In this document: positions 27,368 through 35,676 of the stretch, piece by piece | Position numbering within the stretch: the stretch's first letter is position 1 | Layout: each line of letters opens with the position of its first letter | DNA from: Clostridiales bacterium | Lineage (GTDB): Bacteria > Bacillota > Dehalobacteriia > UBA4068 | Assembly (NCBI GenBank): GCA_009783415.1 | Contig: WRHF01000002.1 | Span: forward strand, 1 to 36,991 | DNA: 36,991 nucleotides | Reading direction: 5' to 3' | Program-made: the position numbers and the translations under genes | Notes under the pieces: generated by a model | The model's database searches: none | What the model was told of the DNA's origin: nothing | What the model saw: the letters and a program-made list of their open reading frames with translations, nothing else

Positions 27368-29854
27368 TCAATCCTTCTTCTCCTCAAGCCACTCCTCAAA
27401 CGGCCCATCCAGACCAGATTTATTGTAGGCGGCTTCCATGCTATTTTTCGTATCAATTGTATCCGGATGCGCCTCCCCTAATCTGCGCAGTCGTATCCCA
27501 TAACTCTTAACAAACCAATCCAGAGCTGTAAGGTAGTCGTTTTGGTCGGAATAAACAAAGGCTATGTTATTGTAAGTGGCGGTGGTGTATGGGTGTTCCG
27601 TACCCAACACCTTTTCAATGATGGCTAAGGACTTCCGAAACCACTCCAGCGCCTTGGCATACCCCCCATGATTTAAGTAGTTCATTGCGATGTAACTGTA
27701 GCTACTGGCTGTGTCCGGGTGTTCCATGCCCAGTACCTTTTCTCTGGTGGCTAAAGCCTTACGGTGCCACTCCAGCGCCTTGGCATACTTCCCCTGTTTG
27801 GAGTAGACATTTGCGATGCTGCAGTAACAGCTGGCGGTGTTCGGGTGTTCTGTGTTCAGCACCTTTTCTAGAATGGTTAAAGCCTTCTGGTACCATTCCA
27901 GCGCCTTATCATGCTTTCCTTGATTGTTGTAGACACTCGCAATGTTATTGTAAGTGGTGGCGATGTCCGGGTGTTCCTTGTCCAGCACCTTTTCTCTGAT
28001 GGTCAAGGCATTCCGGTGCCATTCCAGTGCCTCGTCATACCTCCCCTGATTGTTATAGACTGCTGCAATGTTGTTGTATGTGATGGCGATGTACGGGTGT
28101 TCCGTACCCAGTACATTTTCGTAGATAGCCAAAACCTTTTGGTACCACTTCAGCGCTTCCTGATATTGACTTCCGTAAAAATAACCATATCCGATCACAT
28201 TATATAACAAGGCTGCTTTCTTTTGCGCTTCCTCATTATCACTAAGTATCTCCTCAGTGTGGCGTGCTATTTCCAGAATATGCGGTGCATTTTGGATGAA
28301 GTTATCCATCGACTGCTTGTTACCCCATTCATACTTAAAAACAGCATATGCCATATCAAGGCAGCAGGATATCCACTGCACATCACCCGCCAGCCTGCCC
28401 CGCACCACTTCCTGTACCAGGCGGTGTAGAGAGAGCAGGCCTTCTTTCTTTTGTACCAGGGAATAAAGGGTCAGTTCTAGGACAGTGTTGTTTAGTTTTA
28501 ATTTGTCCACTAAAGCCCTCCTTAAAGGTTTCGGAAGTTTATCCTGGCCTATTATTAGCAAGGAGAGGGGGATTTTATCCGCTGCCATGTAGGAGCAGAG
28601 ATTTAGCAGCTGTTTGGCACTTTTCGATTTTATTTTATCAAAGGAGATACGCCAGGTAGTGTTGACCGTTTCTGCATAACCATAAACTGTTGAAGCACGC
28701 TCATCGAAGAGTTTATTTCCATATTTTTCCAATAACTGCAAATAGTCTCCACAGGATTCATGAGTGGCAGTTATATATGCTACGGCTTGTTCCAGGGCCA
28801 GGGGCAGGTAGCCCAACCGTTTAGCCAGCTCTGCGGCATCCTTGCCTTCATCACAGCCCAGGCGCTCGCTAATGAAGGCGGTGGCTTCTTCCTGTCTAAA
28901 TACTGTGATATCCACTGATTTTCCCAGCGGGCTATGGTCTTGCCTTGTTGTGATCAGCACATGCCCCTTGAACCTGGGCAAACAATCAGTCAGCAGGTCA
29001 AAATCCTCTGCATTGTCATAGATAAAGAGAAAAGGCTCGTTTTGGTCAAACCAGTTTTTCACAGCTTCCAGCACAGCCGGCCAGCCTGCTTCTTCCAGCG
29101 CAGGCAGGAGGGCTTTGCTTTTGGCGAAATCACGGTAAGCCTCCTGGGGGCCGTTTTCGGCGTTGACCCACCAGATGTCGTTGTAATCCCCGGCATAGCG
29201 GTAGGCGTATTCTATGGCTGTCTGGGTTTTGCCCACACCGCCCAATCCGGCTACAGTCTGCCGCAGAGATACTGTTTGCCCGGTTTGAAAGTTGTTATGT
29301 ATCTCCTCCAGGATTTCTTCGCGGCCTGTGAAGTGAGGGTTCCTGTCCGGAAGGTTATTAGTTGGCAGGGTAGGTTCCTTTGCGGAAACAGGAAAAATTA
29401 ATTTGCCGGTTAAGCGCTGATTGATATAGTTAGCTATTTCAGCCGGTTGGTGCTTCCTGGCATCGATCCAGCCGTCAATACCAAAGAAGCCCGCAACTTT
29501 TCCGTCATCCATCCTGATCAGCATAATGCTGTTATGCTGCCGCTCCTTAATCAAATCGCGGATAGCCCGCGCTTCCAAGCCGCACCACTCTTTTTTCTGA
29601 TAATCCTCGCAAAGAAAAGCCACTATAAGCTTGGAGCGGTTTCTATATATGTCCTGGAGCAGAGTGTCCGATGAGGGGATCGCCAGGAAAGCCTGATAGA
29701 ATTCGTCATAAAAGATGTTAGCGGCTTCGATTTTGTCCTCTTTGATAAGGGCATCCACCACAGCCCTGACGTATGCCCTGTGTTCGCCGGGGAAGGATAC
29801 TGCAATATCAAATTCATGGGTGTGGATATCAAATAAAGCAGGTGCTTTATCCAT
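27368..29854 (-). CDS. TIR - NB-ARC (STAND) - TPR protein
   Basis: FDIAVSFPGE, IFYD, EWCGLE (TIR); FTGRE, GLGGVGKT, FIYDN, ITTR, LPLAL (NB-ARC); 42-aa TPR units; AAGGAG RBS. Confidence 0.9.
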   Translation of the reverse strand: MDKAPALFDIHTHEFDIAVSFPGEHRAYVRAVVDALIKEDKIEAANIFYDEFYQAFLAIPSSDTLLQDIYRNRSKLIVAFLCEDYQKKEWCGLEARAIRDLIKERQHNSIMLIRMDDGKVAGFFGIDGWIDARKHQPAEIANYINQRLTGKLIFPVSAKEPTLPTNNLPDRNPHFTGREEILEEIHNNFQTGQTVSLRQTVAGLGGVGKTQTAIEYAYRYAGDYNDIWWVNAENGPQEAYRDFAKSKALLPALEEAGWPAVLEAVKNWFDQNEPFLFIYDNAEDFDLLTDCLPRFKGHVLITTRQDHSPLGKSVDITVFRQEEATAFISERLGCDEGKDAAELAKRLGYLPLALEQAVAYITATHESCGDYLQLLEKYGNKLFDERASTVYGYAETVNTTWRISFDKIKSKSAKQLLNLCSYMAADKIPLSLLIIGQDKLPKPLRRALVDKLKLNNTVLELTLYSLVQKKEGLLSLHRLVQEVVRGRLAGDVQWISCCLDMAYAVFKYEWGNKQSMDNFIQNAPHILEIARHTEEILSDNEEAQKKAALLYNVIGYGYFYGSQYQEALKWYQKVLAIYENVLGTEHPYIAITYNNIAAVYNNQGRYDEALEWHRNALTIREKVLDKEHPDIATTYNNIASVYNNQGKHDKALEWYQKALTILEKVLNTEHPNTASCYCSIANVYSKQGKYAKALEWHRKALATREKVLGMEHPDTASSYSYIAMNYLNHGGYAKALEWFRKSLAIIEKVLGTEHPYTTATYNNIAFVYSDQNDYLTALDWFVKSYGIRLRRLGEAHPDTIDTKNSMEAAYNKSGLDGPFEEWLEEKKD
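27540..28210 (-). repeat. 126-bp TPR-coding tandem repeats
   Basis: Five to six units of NNIA.VY..QG.Y..ALEW..KAL.I.EKVL..EHP. Confidence 0.85.
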
Positions 29855-29905
29855 GATAAACTCCTTCTTAAACACTTGCATTAAAAACTGCTCTTCATTT
29901 ATTAC

Positions 29906-29934
29906 ATAATACACCATTTCCCGTGCCTGGTCAA
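29906..29934 (-). promoter_or_regulatory. Promoter of the TIR-NB-ARC-TPR gene
   Basis: TTGACC-17 bp-TATTAT on the minus strand. Confidence 0.6.
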
Positions 29935-29958
29935 TGAGTTGCCTAAAAATAAAAACTC

Positions 29959-29988
29959 TTGACAATACGTGATATCACGTGATATAAT
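29959..29988 (+). promoter_or_regulatory. hicAB promoter with palindromic operator
   Basis: TTGACA-18 bp-TATAAT; spacer contains the perfect palindrome ACGTGATATCACGT. Confidence 0.8.
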
Positions 29989-30009
29989 AATACAAACAGA
30001 GGTGAGGAA

Positions 30010-30192
30010 ATGACTGCCGAAGAGCTGAAAAGAAAATTAAAAGTCGCTGGGTGGGTAATCGAAGAGGGTACAAGACATTCCCTTGCCAGTCATCCCGACA
30101 GGCCAGGTGTGAAAATTCCCATTCACCGGCATAAAGGTGACATACCCACCGGAACCTTACAGAGCATACTTAAGGCAGCGGGGCTGAAATGA
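30010..30192 (+). CDS. hicA: HicA family toxin
   Basis: 60 aa; GW...GTRH, IPIHRH.GDIP.GTL.SILKAAGL. Confidence 0.9.
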   Translation: MTAEELKRKLKVAGWVIEEGTRHSLASHPDRPGVKIPIHRHKGDIPTGTLQSILKAAGLK

Positions 30193-30232
30193 AGTGCTGC
30201 CTTTCGAGATTCAAATTGGAGGTTTGAAGAAA

Positions 30233-30619
30233 ATGAAATATGTTTATCCGGCAATTTTGTTTCCTGATGAGGGAAAGATAGGAGTAAGAGTACCTGACTT
30301 GCCTGGTTGCTTTACCTGGGGAGATGATATGGCAGAAGCTTTGATTGCTGTCAAAGACGCGGTGGAGATGTGGATATGGGATGCAGAAAATAAAAAAGAG
30401 CCGATTCCTGCTGCCTCTGCTGCTTTAGAAATAGGCAGCAAGGAAATCTTTTCCCTAATTGCTGCCGATACCGATGAATACCGCCGGGCTAATGACAGCC
30501 GGGCAGTCAGTAAGACCTTAAGTCTGCCTGCCTGGTTGAACAGACAGGCAGAAAAAGCCAACGCCCCTTTTTCCCAAATTCTCCAACAGGGGTTAAAAGC
30601 TTATCTGGGAATTGAATAA
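30233..30619 (+). CDS. hicB: HicB family antitoxin
   Basis: YVYPAI, VPDLPGCFTWG, KTLSLPAWLN ribbon-helix-helix tail. Confidence 0.92.
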   Translation: MKYVYPAILFPDEGKIGVRVPDLPGCFTWGDDMAEALIAVKDAVEMWIWDAENKKEPIPAASAALEIGSKEIFSLIAADTDEYRRANDSRAVSKTLSLPAWLNRQAEKANAPFSQILQQGLKAYLGIE

Positions 30620-30625
30620 AACAAG

Positions 30626-31912
30626 TTATTCACTTAAGACGTACTGATTATCATCTTTACCGGAGCCATGCTTGACAATAAATCCATTATTTACCATTTC
30701 TCGGATAATTGTGTATGCCCTTGTCTGTTTTACGGATAAAAGCTCTTTTACGATCCCGTTTGTGATATAAGGATTATCTTGCAGGTAGTCCAGCACAGCT
30801 TGGTGTTGCGGTTTTGGCTTTTGGGGAGCCCGGAGCGGCCGGGCGTAGTTCATATTTGGCAGGGTCAGCATAAAAGCACCGGGGGTTGCCGTGATTTCCG
30901 GTTTTACGGCAAAACCCTCATAATGCTGCATAATACGTCTAAGTCCCGTTCCATAAGACTCTATATGTTTCAAGCGGTAAAAAACTTTGGCCAGCTTTTC
31001 ATTGCGCGGCTGGGAGATGCCGATAAATAAATCTTCCAGATGTAGACCGGGCATTAGTCCGCCCAGCGAGATAAATTCTATGCGGTCGTCATAGAGGTTG
31101 ACAATGATGCTGCCGGAAAAAGCATAGTTTCTGTGAATGATAGCATTTAGGATACCCTCACGAACGGTTTCCTCTGGGTAATCATACTGCTCTATCCGGT
31201 CAAGCCCGGAAAAGGTGGCGGCAAGATTGTTGGATAGGTCGAGAAAATCGAAGGCGGAGCGCATTTGTCGCAAAAGCGATCCCTCTATTTCCTTGCGGGT
31301 TTTGAACTCGCCTTTTTTTGTTCCGGTAAATACGGCGAATTTTATGGTATGGCTGCATTGGTCAGACAGCAGCAGCCCCAAATTAGAGTACAGCCCGTCG
31401 CTGCCGATAAGGCCGAGGGTTCGCATTTGACTTTCCCCAAACTCCAGATGAGAGCGGGAAAATTCCTCCGCCGCGGCCTTGAAAGTCAACTCCTGCAAAA
31501 GCGAGCGGGTGCTTTCAAAGCTATCGCCGTCTGATAACTTTATCATCTCGCGGATTTGCTCGAAACTGGCGGGAGCGCTGGAAGCGCCCTGCCGGACATA
31601 AACACCGGATGGCTTCAATCCCTTATCCGGCAAAAAATAAGGTTTATGGGTTCCCTCGCTCACTGTGATTATAATGCAGCTATCGCTGATTTCATAGCTG
31701 ATAAACATAGTGATATCAGGCAAAATTCCGTCGCGGACGCTGTTTGTGATCTGGGTCAGTGTTTTGTCAATGTCGGATAAAGGATAAGGATTTCCTTCAT
31801 CGTCACGGCCAATATAAATAATCCCGCCGCCGGAATTGGCAAAAGCCAAGATTTCTTTCTTCAAATCCGGGGTGTATTCCCTTTTATATTCGATAGTGCT
31901 GTTTTCATACAT
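30626..31912 (-). CDS. Schlafen/AlbA_2 domain protein with RecG-C-like (HATPase_c_4) domain and C-terminal HTH
   Basis: E...IEYK, AFANSGGG.IYIG; REGILNAIIHRNY, PRN..LA, GTGL. Confidence 0.85.
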   Translation of the reverse strand: MYENSTIEYKREYTPDLKKEILAFANSGGGIIYIGRDDEGNPYPLSDIDKTLTQITNSVRDGILPDITMFISYEISDSCIIITVSEGTHKPYFLPDKGLKPSGVYVRQGASSAPASFEQIREMIKLSDGDSFESTRSLLQELTFKAAAEEFSRSHLEFGESQMRTLGLIGSDGLYSNLGLLLSDQCSHTIKFAVFTGTKKGEFKTRKEIEGSLLRQMRSAFDFLDLSNNLAATFSGLDRIEQYDYPEETVREGILNAIIHRNYAFSGSIIVNLYDDRIEFISLGGLMPGLHLEDLFIGISQPRNEKLAKVFYRLKHIESYGTGLRRIMQHYEGFAVKPEITATPGAFMLTLPNMNYARPLRAPQKPKPQHQAVLDYLQDNPYITNGIVKELLSVKQTRAYTIIREMVNNGFIVKHGSGKDDNQYVLSE

Positions 31913-32006
31913 GATATCACTTCATTTCACTTTTTCATCATAATATCACATCATATCACCCATGTCAAGTGAAATTATGAAATGAAGTGAATACTACTCA
32001 TTTGAT

Positions 32007-32071
32007 GGGGCTGTTGCAAAATTTAAAAACGGGACGCCCGGGTGTGCGTCCCGCTATTATGCAACAGCCCC
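32007..32071. repeat. Nested inverted repeat; radA terminator and/or miniature IS-end element
   Basis: GGGGCTGTTGCA / TGCAACAGCCCC enclosing CGGGACGC / GCGTCCCG. Confidence 0.65.
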
Positions 32072-32074
32072 GTT

Positions 32075-33451
32075 TTATTGGGCAATTAATCCTAAAAGTT
32101 TTAGCGCCTGCTCCAAATCAGCCACATAAACCGGCTTGATTTGGCCCGGGGCGGCGGATTCTTCTTCCTCGCCCTTTTTGGGCCGGTTTATTTCCGGCAG
32201 GAGGATTTGTTTGAAGCCGAAATTGGCCGCTTCTCTGCGGCGGCGCTGGTTTTGGCCGATGGCCCGCACTTCTCCCAGGAGGCCGACTTCTCCGCAGGCT
32301 ACTACTCCTTCCTCCACAGGCTTTTCATAAAAAGAGGAAGCAATGGCTGCCGCTGCTGCCAGGTCCAAAGCCGGGTCTTCGGCGCGCAGGCCTCCTGCTA
32401 TGTTCAGATAGATATCCTGGGCGCCCAGGGGCAGGCCCAGTTTGCGCTCCAGTACGGCCACGATCAGCAGGAGACGGTTATAATCTATGCCGCTGGCCAG
32501 CCGCCTGGGATTACCAAAACTGGTGGGAGCTACCAGAGCTTGTACCTCTAAGAGCAGGGAGCGGGTACCTTGCATTACACAGGTTACCACACTGCCCGGG
32601 ACAGCCAGGGGGCGCTGGCTGAGAAAAAAGCCGGAAGGGTCGGTGAAGGGGAGGAGGCCATTGCCGGACATTTCGAATATGCCCAGCTCGTTGGTGGAGC
32701 CGAAACGGTTTTTTACCGCCCTCAGCAGGCGCAGGGAGGTATAGCGGTCGCCCTCGAAGTATAAAACGGTATCTACCATATGCTCCAAAACCCGGGGACC
32801 GGCCAAAAGACCTTCCTTGGTCACATGCCCTACCAGGATCAGGGCAGCCCCGCTTTTGCGGCTATATTCCAGACAAGCGGCGGCTACAGCCCGTACCTGG
32901 GAAACACTGCCGGGTGCGCTTTCCAGGCGGGAGGAGTAGACAGCCTGAACGGAATCTACTATCACCAGTTTAAAGCTCTGATTTTCGGCATTGGCCAGGG
33001 CGCTTTCAATATTGGTTTCCGCCAGCAGCAGCATCTTGGGATCAAGAGCCCCCAGGCGTTCGGCCGAGAGGCGGATCTGCCGGGCCGATTCTTCGCCGCT
33101 GATATAAAGGACAGCGCCGTATTTTTGGGCAACCAAACGGGCGGCTTGCAGCAACAGGGTAGATTTACCGATACCCGGCTCCCCCCCCAAAAGCAGGGAA
33201 GAACCCGGCGTCAGGCCCCCGCCCAATACCGCATCCAGTTCACAAAGCCCCAAAGGCAAGTGCTGCCCCCCTTTCAGCTCTATTTCCGTGATAGGCCGAG
33301 GGGGGTTGGTTTTTGTGACCACAGGCTTTGCCTTGCTGTCGCCGATCTCCTCATCCAAAGCATCCCAAGCCCCGCAAGCCGGACAACGCCCAAACCACTT
33401 ACCCTGTTTGGCGCCGCATTCCCGGCAGATAAATATGTTTCTTAATGCCAT
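32075..33451 (-). CDS. radA: DNA repair protein RadA/Sms
   Basis: C4 zinc finger, GEPGIGKST, KNRFG, Lon-like C-terminus; AGGAGG RBS. Confidence 0.97.
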   Translation of the reverse strand: MALRNIFICRECGAKQGKWFGRCPACGAWDALDEEIGDSKAKPVVTKTNPPRPITEIELKGGQHLPLGLCELDAVLGGGLTPGSSLLLGGEPGIGKSTLLLQAARLVAQKYGAVLYISGEESARQIRLSAERLGALDPKMLLLAETNIESALANAENQSFKLVIVDSVQAVYSSRLESAPGSVSQVRAVAAACLEYSRKSGAALILVGHVTKEGLLAGPRVLEHMVDTVLYFEGDRYTSLRLLRAVKNRFGSTNELGIFEMSGNGLLPFTDPSGFFLSQRPLAVPGSVVTCVMQGTRSLLLEVQALVAPTSFGNPRRLASGIDYNRLLLIVAVLERKLGLPLGAQDIYLNIAGGLRAEDPALDLAAAAAIASSFYEKPVEEGVVACGEVGLLGEVRAIGQNQRRRREAANFGFKQILLPEINRPKKGEEEESAAPGQIKPVYVADLEQALKLLGLIAQ

Positions 33452-33552
33452 AATTCCTCCTGGTCCGGACAAGCCGGAGAACAATTTACTATTCACAATT
33501 CACAATTATTGAAAAGACAAGAGTTTAAATTAATCCTTTCGCGGAGCGAAAG

Positions 33553-33733
33553 GGGTGCATCACATTTTCTGGGGTTGACAAAGAACGCATTGCCCATTGT
33601 AGGGGCGGCCATTGGTCGTCCGCGGACGCGCAATGCGCGCCCCTACAGGCATATATCCATGATACATTAGAGCTGCACATCCCTTTGTTATGTCTATTAT
33701 TACCATGTCAACCCCAAATTTTGTGATGCACCC
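33553..33733. mobile_element. 181-bp MITE with 9-bp target site duplication
   Basis: TIRs GGGTGCATCACA..GGGGTTGACA / TGTCAACCCC..TGTGATGCACCC; GAGCGAAAG directly repeated at 33544-33552 and 33734-33742. Confidence 0.8.
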
Positions 33734-33769
33734 GAGCGAAAGTCACCCGTTCTAGCCACTAGATACTAC

Positions 33770-33824
33770 TGGGCTGCGCCTTAGAAAGTTTAATTAAAAG
33801 TGATGGGATTGTTGGCGCAGCCCA
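33770..33824. repeat. 11-bp inverted repeat
   Basis: TGGGCTGCGCC ... GGCGCAGCCCA. Confidence 0.5.
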
Positions 33825-33903
33825 CCCTGGTATATTTCATATTATAGCATTTTTCTTAAGTTATGTGAATATATTTAAGGGGTAGATAGTGAATCGATAA
33901 GAG

Positions 33904-35673
33904 GTGATTTGCTTGTTTCAGGATAGTTTCGGAGTATTATGGAATCTGCCTAGCCCGGAAGAAATAGAAGAATTTTATGGCAGTGAATTGGATTCGGGCT
34001 TTAACAGGGAAAATAACACCTGGGAGATCATTATCAAATACTGCGGCGATATTGGTATTTTGGAAAGGGAATTGGGTGCGGAAGTGGAGATACTCAGCCA
34101 AACCTTTGCTATTATCACCCTGCCCGCAGAACAAATACCCAAGCTGCCCGGTTATCAACAAGTTCAATTCGCCGAGCTGCCTGTAAATCTTTTTCTTGAA
34201 GTAGCTGAAGGCCTGGCCCGGACTTGTATCCTACCGGTTCAGGATAGGGCAGGCTATGGCTTGACCGGTAAAGATACTCTGGTGGCGATTATTGATTCCG
34301 GCATCGACTATACTCATCCCGATTTCCGTAATGAGGACGGCAGCAGCCGGATCGTTGCCTTTTGGGATCAAACCGCAGCTTCCGGGCCGCCTCCCGCAGG
34401 TTTTAAAAGCGGAAAGGAATACAATGATCAGGATCTTAACGAAGCTTTAGCCGCAATAAATCCTTTGCAGGTTATTCCCTCATTAGATATCAACGGCCAT
34501 GGCACTGCCGTAGCCGGTATAGCTGCCGGTAATGGCCGGGCCAGCCGGGGTGTAAACCGGGGTGTGGCGCCCGAGGCTCAAATTATAGGGGTAAGGCTGG
34601 GGCGCAGAGGGGAGAGATCTTTCGCCCGTACCACCGAGCTGCTGCGGGGAGTTGCTTATGCCGTGAATCAAGCCATTGCCAAAGGACTGCCTCTGGCCAT
34701 CAACATCAGTTTCGGTACCAGCCACGGCGGCCACACCGGTCATTCTCTTTTCGAAGCCTGCCTGCAAGATATTGCCGGTTCCTGGAAAACAGCCGTGGTG
34801 GTGGCCAGCGGTAATGAAGGGGCTAGCGGCCATCACTATGCCGGGACCATAACATCCAATGCCATTATAGACATAACTTTTTTCACCGCCGATGCAGCCA
34901 ACTCCTTCTTTTTAACCTTGTGGAAGAATTTTGTGGACATCTGGGCCGTGGAATTGATTTTGCCCAACGGACGCTCCACCGGCATAATCCATTATTATGA
35001 TAAACGCAGAACTCTGCGCATGGGCAATTTGTCCGTTTTGATCAATTATAGTCAACCCAGGCCCTTTGGCATCAGGCAGGAGATTTTTTTTCAAGTTGAA
35101 GCCCGGGAAGGGCTGATCCCGGAAGGGGTCTGGACTTTAAGGCTTCATGCCGGAGAAGTGGTAGATGGTAAATATAACATTTGGCTGCCCCCTACAGAGA
35201 GCATTTCCCGGCAAACCGCCTTCAGCAGGCCGGATAATGATTCTACCATCACTTTGCCGGCCACAGCTTTTAGAGTCATCTCTGTAGGAGCATATAATCA
35301 CCGCCTGAGAACGGTAGCTCCCTTTTCCGGCCGGGGAATTCCCACGGATATGAGCAACTTTATCAAGCCGGATCTGGTGGCTCCGGGGGTGAATATCATG
35401 GCCCCCAGTAAAAACGGAGGTTATGACAGTTTCAGCGGGACCAGCTTTTCCGCGCCCTTTGTAGCCGGGGCAGCGGCCTTGATGATGCAGTGGGGTATTG
35501 AAGAAGGCAATGACCCTTTCTTATATGGCCAGCGCCTTAAGGCCTTTTTGCATATAGGAGCAAGCAGGTTTGAAAATATAGACTACCCCAATAATAGCTG
35601 GGGTTATGGGGTCTTATGCTTAAGGAGAACCATGGACTACTTAGTCAGCTATAATAAAGGGGGGACTGTTTGA
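33904..35673 (+). CDS. S8 subtilase, Csp-like germination protease
   Basis: Triad IIDSG, GHGT, GTSFS; internal jelly-roll insert; NDPFLYGQRLKAFL; exact start uncertain (GTG 33904 or TTG 33913). Confidence 0.9.
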   Translation: MICLFQDSFGVLWNLPSPEEIEEFYGSELDSGFNRENNTWEIIIKYCGDIGILERELGAEVEILSQTFAIITLPAEQIPKLPGYQQVQFAELPVNLFLEVAEGLARTCILPVQDRAGYGLTGKDTLVAIIDSGIDYTHPDFRNEDGSSRIVAFWDQTAASGPPPAGFKSGKEYNDQDLNEALAAINPLQVIPSLDINGHGTAVAGIAAGNGRASRGVNRGVAPEAQIIGVRLGRRGERSFARTTELLRGVAYAVNQAIAKGLPLAINISFGTSHGGHTGHSLFEACLQDIAGSWKTAVVVASGNEGASGHHYAGTITSNAIIDITFFTADAANSFFLTLWKNFVDIWAVELILPNGRSTGIIHYYDKRRTLRMGNLSVLINYSQPRPFGIRQEIFFQVEAREGLIPEGVWTLRLHAGEVVDGKYNIWLPPTESISRQTAFSRPDNDSTITLPATAFRVISVGAYNHRLRTVAPFSGRGIPTDMSNFIKPDLVAPGVNIMAPSKNGGYDSFSGTSFSAPFVAGAAALMMQWGIEEGNDPFLYGQRLKAFLHIGASRFENIDYPNNSWGYGVLCLRRTMDYLVSYNKGGTV

Positions 35674-35676
35674 TCT

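Noticed and set aside
27540-28210. CRISPR array or DGR template/variable repeat
   Set aside because: Repeats are contiguous, in-frame TPR units without spacers; no cas or reverse transcriptase gene in the window
33830-33885. Sporulation sigma-E/K promoter for the csp genes
   Set aside because: Only a weak match in AT-rich DNA
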